64,000 nucleotides of DNA from a virus (lineage: Duplodnaviria > Caudoviricetes): the IMG/VR virus record IMGVR_UViG_3300009671_000010, positions 1 through 64,000 of that record, one strand, 5' to 3'. Under the pieces are notes generated by a model, which worked only from the letters and a program-made list of their open reading frames with translations, ran no database searches and was not told where the DNA came from. This document shows, in pieces, positions 58,633-64,000 of the stretch (position 1 is the first letter of the stretch; the number at the start of each line of letters is the position of its first letter). Made by a program: the position numbers and the translations under genes.

Positions 58633-59787
58633 ATGTCGTATCCTGTAGGTAACCCAGTTAGTGGTTTATATAATATTTGGAGTGAAGGTGCATTCACTCC
58701 TGAACAAGTAGTATCTTTTATTAGAGATAATCAAACGCCAATTAATAAAGCATCATTAATTAATTCAGTTGGTCACCATGTATCATTGATTGAAAATTTT
58801 ATTAATACAAGTTATTTAGCCAGAGCTGATTATCCAATTAACAGCGGATGGATTAATAATATATACAATAATTTTATACAGACAGACAATATTAATATGT
58901 CTGGTTCTATAACAATGAATGTAAAAAATAGTGATCAAGGAATAATTGCTTATTATGATGAAGCAGATAAGTATACCTTTACTTCATCTCTTAAACCCAA
59001 TAGTATTTCACTTACACAAAATCCTTGGAATAATTCAGATTATTGGGGAAAAACTACTATTACTCCTGGCGTTATTACTGTATGTGGTGCTAATAATTCT
59101 GGAATCACTGCATCGGGTTCTGTAATGCATTTTAATAGTGATACATTTGCTACATTAAATTTTAATTCACATGCACATGTTATTTCCGATAATAAAATTT
59201 TTTCTTATATTGATACAACCTTTAGAGTAAGTTCAGCTGGAATTCATACTGAGGTTAAACCAGATTCGATAACATCAACCTCTGCATGTGGATTTTTTAT
59301 AACAAATACTAATAAAATAAAACTTAAATCGAAATTATTAGATATGTCAGCTGGTACTGTTTTAACTAATTATCTTGGCAACTATGATTATCCAATTGTT
59401 AACTCATACATGTCCAAAGTTATAATTACTGATTCTCTTCAGATGGGAACTAATCCTAATAGTAAATTTAAAATTGGTGTATATAAGAAAAATTTATCTG
59501 GTAGTACAACATCACCAATTGTTTTAAGTGGAACTGTTGAAAATAATTATGGAGACTTTGATTCTGTAGTTGCTACTGCAATCTTTAATAATCAACTTAT
59601 AACTGCTGGTTTTGAAATTACTGGTGGAGATTTAGATGATTGGACAGTATATCCTTGTACTGGTTATACTATATCCACTGATTCATCAACTGGAGTAGTT
59701 AACATATCTGTAACTGGTTCCTTTGCTGGAATGGCTAGTACTACAAACACATATGTATCTATGTTTTTTATATATTTTTCAGAATAA
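58633..59787 (+). CDS. putative short tail fibre / spike protein
   Basis: GGAGG RBS; Ser/Thr/Gly-rich beta-strand repeats; located in the fibre region. Confidence 0.5.
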   Translation: MSYPVGNPVSGLYNIWSEGAFTPEQVVSFIRDNQTPINKASLINSVGHHVSLIENFINTSYLARADYPINSGWINNIYNNFIQTDNINMSGSITMNVKNSDQGIIAYYDEADKYTFTSSLKPNSISLTQNPWNNSDYWGKTTITPGVITVCGANNSGITASGSVMHFNSDTFATLNFNSHAHVISDNKIFSYIDTTFRVSSAGIHTEVKPDSITSTSACGFFITNTNKIKLKSKLLDMSAGTVLTNYLGNYDYPIVNSYMSKVIITDSLQMGTNPNSKFKIGVYKKNLSGSTTSPIVLSGTVENNYGDFDSVVATAIFNNQLITAGFEITGGDLDDWTVYPCTGYTISTDSSTGVVNISVTGSFAGMASTTNTYVSMFFIYFSE

Positions 59788-59799
59788 TTAGGAGTATTA

Positions 59800-61206
59800 A
59801 TGGCTAAAGTTACCAAGAAACAAGTATGGTCGAATATAGATGCATTCGGTTTATTGAATGGAATATCTGTATGGGATGAACAATATAAAAATCTGAAATA
59901 TGTAAGAAAACCATTTGATACTACTCATGATATCAGAAAAAAGATTTATAATTTACATGATAATAAAGTTGATACTACATATCAAGGTATTGTTAATGGA
60001 CTTTCAATTGAATTTGATTATGAACCATATAATGTATATGATAAACATATTTTTTTACTTTCATACGAACCCAATGTGTATAACAGTATAAATGAACAGG
60101 ATGTATTTGTATATTATAAACTACAAAATTCAGATGATTGGAATGAATTAACTCCACAGACTTGGAATGTATCAGCTAGTGGTTTTATGGTTTGGCAAAA
60201 ATCACATTATAATAATTTGTCTACAAAGAATTTTATATATTCTAATATTCTTCAAATTTTTTCTGATTTACCTGATTTGACTGAAATTAAAGTTAAATAT
60301 AAAATTTATATTGATACTGAGGATGGAAAAAAACTTGTTGATTTTACAGACGTAAATAGTATAAATGAAGACAGACTTACATATAGAAAAAAAACATTTA
60401 ATAATATTAATGATTCAATACAAGTATATAATTTAACTAATATTCCTAGCGGAATATACAGTCAATATTATAAAAATGGAATTCCTACTGATTTTACATA
60501 TAAATTAAAAAATTATATATCATCGAAGTTTAAACATAAATGGGGTGAATTTAATGATTCTTCATGTATATGGGATATTAATAAATATTATGGAAGTGGT
60601 CATTTACCATCATATTATGATGCATATGATCCAATAGATAGTGGTTATTTGGGTGGTATCGAGAGCTCAAGTACATGTTTATATCCATATGAAATCATAG
60701 AAACAGATAATCAAGTATTTAATCTTAAAATGTATCCTGGTAAATTTTATATAAGTGGTATTCCATTTTATATGTTTGAAAATCCACGAGTATCTAATCT
60801 TGTATTTTTTAATGGTTCATGTAATATTCCATCTGGTTTATCACGTACTATGCATACAATATTAAGTCCATCTGATTTCTATAATTCTACTCAGGATGAG
60901 TATTTAAATGGTCATGTATATGAAGATTACATATATCCAACTGGAATAAATCAGATTAAAATTAATGATATTTTAAGGCGTAGACCATATCTTAATAATA
61001 ATAACTCAGAACTTGATATAAGTTTAGCTAGTGGCGAATATAGTATTGATTTTAGTGCTGGTAAAATTTATGCATCAGGTATTAATAATGGCGTTTTAAT
61101 ATGGGATAATAGTTTAATAAATAGTGGATTTATAGTTCCATTTAATGTAAATCCAAGTTTATATTCAAATATAAACAGTAGTTTTTTTATTTACCTAAAT
61201 ATATAA
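59800..61206 (+). CDS. baseplate/tail-associated structural protein
   Basis: AGGAG RBS; N-terminal NIDAFGLL...RKPFDT..DIRKKI...TYQGIVNGLS resembles wedge-protein starts; GEYSIDFSAGKIY motif. Confidence 0.55.
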   Translation: MAKVTKKQVWSNIDAFGLLNGISVWDEQYKNLKYVRKPFDTTHDIRKKIYNLHDNKVDTTYQGIVNGLSIEFDYEPYNVYDKHIFLLSYEPNVYNSINEQDVFVYYKLQNSDDWNELTPQTWNVSASGFMVWQKSHYNNLSTKNFIYSNILQIFSDLPDLTEIKVKYKIYIDTEDGKKLVDFTDVNSINEDRLTYRKKTFNNINDSIQVYNLTNIPSGIYSQYYKNGIPTDFTYKLKNYISSKFKHKWGEFNDSSCIWDINKYYGSGHLPSYYDAYDPIDSGYLGGIESSSTCLYPYEIIETDNQVFNLKMYPGKFYISGIPFYMFENPRVSNLVFFNGSCNIPSGLSRTMHTILSPSDFYNSTQDEYLNGHVYEDYIYPTGINQIKINDILRRRPYLNNNNSELDISLASGEYSIDFSAGKIYASGINNGVLIWDNSLINSGFIVPFNVNPSLYSNINSSFFIYLNI

Positions 61207-61219
61207 GATTTGAATACAT

Positions 61220-64000
61220 ATGGATGAAATATATAAATTATATGAAGGTTCTGATGAACAATGTGATATAGTTCAACACAATCGTGAGTTACTTTGGGTT
61301 AAAGATGTTGGAGCAAGTGGTGCATTACGTTATATGGATAATGATGGTGTAGTAACATATATCTATCCATACATTAATGATCTCGATCTAACACATATTT
61401 TCGATGGACTAAATACTGGAATTATTACAGAGAGTGGAAATTTATATTACACAGATGAACGTGTTGATTTAAGAATATCTAATATGATGGGTGTTCCATA
61501 TGGAATTGTTCCACTTAATGATTCTGGTTTGATTCCATATCAATATATACCACCTATATCTGGAAGTGTCAGCTTAGTTAACTATTATACAAAGAAAAAT
61601 TTACAAACTCCTGGTCAATCATATGTTCATTGGGATAATATTATAAATGCTCCTGTAACTGATTTACCATCTAATGAAGGTGCAGAAGGATATTTATATA
61701 CTGATATATCTGGAATTCTTTCATGGAAAGATATATCCACATCTGATAATTCAGAACCATATCTTGGGTTACCAGCTGTAAGTGGTTATATATTATCTTC
61801 ATCAAATACTGGAGTTAGATCATGGGTGCCAGCTTATACACATCCTGTATATCAAACTATAAATTTATCATTATCTGGTAATATGGTGTTATCTAGCATA
61901 GTGGTTGATTCATTAGGACATATAACTACATTATCTGGTAGAACAATTTCATATAATGATATATCAGCACAAAAACATAATTCTAAACTGGATTCTTTAT
62001 CTAATCTAAATAGTACTAGTGGTTTTATTTATCAAAATGGAACTAATACATTTACAAAATATCAGTTTGGTGGAACAGGTACAAGTAATTTTATATCTCG
62101 AAGTGATCATACACATACTGGAGATTATGAACCAATCCTAACATCTGGCACTATTGCTCAGTATTTTCGTGGTGATAAAACATGGCAAACCTTAAATACA
62201 AGTAATGTACCCGAGGGTAGTAATTTATATTTTACAAGTTCTAGAGTTATTAGTACTTTAAGTGGTGCTATTTCTACTGCACTTACATCAAATCTAACAT
62301 CAAGTAGAGTAATAGTATCCAATAGTTCTGGTAAATTAACAACATCCAGCATTACATCAACACAGTTGTCATATTTATCGGGTGTATTATCTCCAATTCA
62401 AGCACAACTTGATTTAAAACAAGATCATTCAAATATTCTCGATGGCATCGTTAACCTGAATACTAGTACTGGTTTTGTATATAAATCTGATGCTAATTCT
62501 TTTATTACTTATAATTTCGGAGGAAATGGTGTATCTAGTGATATAAGCAGAAGCGATCACAATCATAGTGGCACGTATGAACCTGTAATAACAGGAACAG
62601 CTAACAGAATATTAAAAATACAATCTGATGGAACAGGGGTTACTGAATCAATTATCCGTGATAACGGAACAACTGCAACTATTAACGGGGCAATGAGTAT
62701 TAGTGGTAATATTATCGGTACAGGTAGTGCAAATCTTACAGTAAGCATGAATGCTACAAATAAGCAACTATTACTTACAGGTGGAACATCAGCAGTGCAA
62801 TCAAGTGGAGCAATAATTAAACTATATGGGATAACAGAGTCTACTAACGCAGGCAGATTGTATTTAGGTGCAGGTACAGGTAAGGAAATAGTTTTAAATG
62901 CTGATGCAGTATCGTTGAGTAAATCGTATTTCGGGACAAGACCTGTAAAAGATTATTATGATTTAGCAATAGGCAATCATACTTTTTGGGATAATAGCAA
63001 CTATTTAAACATAATTGACAATGCTTATTATGATGGAGGGTGGAAATATCGCACAACACGAGGGGCCGCTCGTATAGCGATAGGCAGTAACGGCAATATT
63101 AATTTAATGGTTGCCTCAGAAGGAACTGCTGATAGTGCTTTAACATGGAAGACTGCTATATACTCTGCCAATACTGGTAATGTTGCAATTGGTCATACTT
63201 CCCCTACAGAGAATCTTGACGTATCAGGTAATATAAAATTATCAGGAACATTAAATGTTGGTTCGATTCCAGCATACAGTTCATCAGCAACAACGTATTT
63301 AACAAGTAATTCTGGTATAATAAGCAGTAGAACGGCAGCACAAGTTAGGTCCGATATCGGAGCACAAACAGCAATTGCAGGAACAGCAAATAGAATATTA
63401 AAAGTGCAATCAGATGGAACTGGTGTAACAGAATCGAGTATTAGTGATAATGGAACTATTGTAGATTTCACTAATACAGGTTCTACTCTATTTAAAAGTT
63501 ATTTATATATAGGGGGTTTACCTACATCTGTAAACTCGCTTTTTACTGGTAATAATTATGCGTTAATCTATAGTACTGGTACAAATACAGGTTCTTACCC
63601 ATTTAATAATTACGGCCATTTGATTATACAGGCACAGTCTACGCAACCACGAAGTATATTATTTGTAGCTGGTACAACTCCTGAAGTTAAAATGAGGATA
63701 AATCCTAATAATGTAGTTGTAAATAATCCGCTTTCAGTCGATGGCAATATAAATGTTGGTGGTTTAACGGCGTCACGTATTGTTGAAACAGATGCAACAA
63801 AAACACTGGTGTCGGTAGCTAAAAACACAGCTTACAATAAAAATTTTGGAACTACGTCAGGTACAGTGTGTCAAGGAAACGATTCAAGGTTGAGTGATGC
63901 AAGAACACCAACATCTCATGCAAGTACTCACTTATCGGGAGGTAGCGATCAGTTGTTTGATCAAAACTTAAATACTACAAACGCACCACTATTTACTGGA
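61220..64000 (+). CDS. long tail fibre protein (partial; runs off window; absent from ORF track)
   Basis: ATG at 61220; my manual translation found no in-frame stop to the end (MDEIYKLYEG...NLNTTNAPLFTG). Fibre motifs include GIVPLNDSGLIP, SRSDHTH, QYFRGDKTWQTL, VPEGSNLYFT, GNVAIGHTSP...LDVSGNI, QGNDSRLSDARTPTSHASTH. Confidence 0.85.
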   Translation, partial: MDEIYKLYEGSDEQCDIVQHNRELLWVKDVGASGALRYMDNDGVVTYIYPYINDLDLTHIFDGLNTGIITESGNLYYTDERVDLRISNMMGVPYGIVPLNDSGLIPYQYIPPISGSVSLVNYYTKKNLQTPGQSYVHWDNIINAPVTDLPSNEGAEGYLYTDISGILSWKDISTSDNSEPYLGLPAVSGYILSSSNTGVRSWVPAYTHPVYQTINLSLSGNMVLSSIVVDSLGHITTLSGRTISYNDISAQKHNSKLDSLSNLNSTSGFIYQNGTNTFTKYQFGGTGTSNFISRSDHTHTGDYEPILTSGTIAQYFRGDKTWQTLNTSNVPEGSNLYFTSSRVISTLSGAISTALTSNLTSSRVIVSNSSGKLTTSSITSTQLSYLSGVLSPIQAQLDLKQDHSNILDGIVNLNTSTGFVYKSDANSFITYNFGGNGVSSDISRSDHNHSGTYEPVITGTANRILKIQSDGTGVTESIIRDNGTTATINGAMSISGNIIGTGSANLTVSMNATNKQLLLTGGTSAVQSSGAIIKLYGITESTNAGRLYLGAGTGKEIVLNADAVSLSKSYFGTRPVKDYYDLAIGNHTFWDNSNYLNIIDNAYYDGGWKYRTTRGAARIAIGSNGNINLMVASEGTADSALTWKTAIYSANTGNVAIGHTSPTENLDVSGNIKLSGTLNVGSIPAYSSSATTYLTSNSGIISSRTAAQVRSDIGAQTAIAGTANRILKVQSDGTGVTESSISDNGTIVDFTNTGSTLFKSYLYIGGLPTSVNSLFTGNNYALIYSTGTNTGSYPFNNYGHLIIQAQSTQPRSILFVAGTTPEVKMRINPNNVVVNNPLSVDGNINVGGLTASRIVETDATKTLVSVAKNTAYNKNFGTTSGTVCQGNDSRLSDARTPTSHASTHLSGGSDQLFDQNLNTTNAPLFTG
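62594..63454 (+). repeat. internal direct repeat in tail fibre (copies at 62594 and 63380)
   Basis: GTANRILKIQSDGTGVTESIIRDNGT versus GTANRILKVQSDGTGVTESSISDNGT; DNA differs mostly at third codon positions. Confidence 0.85.

Noticed and set aside
758-63828. Minus-strand ORFs and short nested plus-strand ORFs in the track
   Set aside because: All lie within or opposite longer, motif-supported + strand genes and have no recognisable motifs; treated as shadow ORFs.
1-64000. Stop-codon reassignment as in some large AT-rich phages
   Set aside because: Code 11 already gives dense, very long ORFs; TAG (2300, 29282, 53181) and TGA both end genes right before the next start.
61220-64000. Diversity-generating retroelement template/variable repeat pair in the fibre
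   Set aside because: Repeat copies are both in-frame and differ mainly at synonymous positions, not specifically at adenines; no reverse transcriptase in the window.

Overview
The window is the virion-morphogenesis region of a large, very AT-rich, contractile-tailed (myovirus-type) bacteriophage. All supported genes are on the + strand, tightly packed, often with AGGAG-type ribosome-binding sites, and read in standard code 11. Gene order: LamG/Ig protein, putative small terminase, three basic Gly-rich proteins, large terminase (mini-intein in Walker A), three unknowns, portal (LAGLIDADG intein, MuF-like tail), prohead protease/scaffold, accessory head protein, major capsid, Ig-decorated neck proteins, sheath, tube plus two tube paralogues (one fused to a lytic transglycosylase), chaperones, three giant ORFs, baseplate genes and a tail fibre that runs off the window end. 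The main finding is the pair of giant ORFs at the tape-measure position. The 2311-aa protein (37984-44919) carries, in correct order and spacing, motifs of a single-chain two-barrel RNA polymerase (K-x7-K in WKARDISGNKSV, RYP, DHDGD), preceded by a DEDDh 3'-5' exonuclease domain. The 2902-aa protein (29286-37994) carries two inteins and a RecB/Cas4-like PD-(D/E)xK nuclease. Together they suggest a virion-packaged, co-injected transcription and DNA-processing machine. Other observations: Ser-Gly enrichment in outer virion proteins, GC-rich codon tracts at intein junctions, a Cys4 insert shared by two inteins, and a frameshifted cellular-type beta-helix gene remnant. All calls rest on by-eye motif recognition and gene order; no searches were run.
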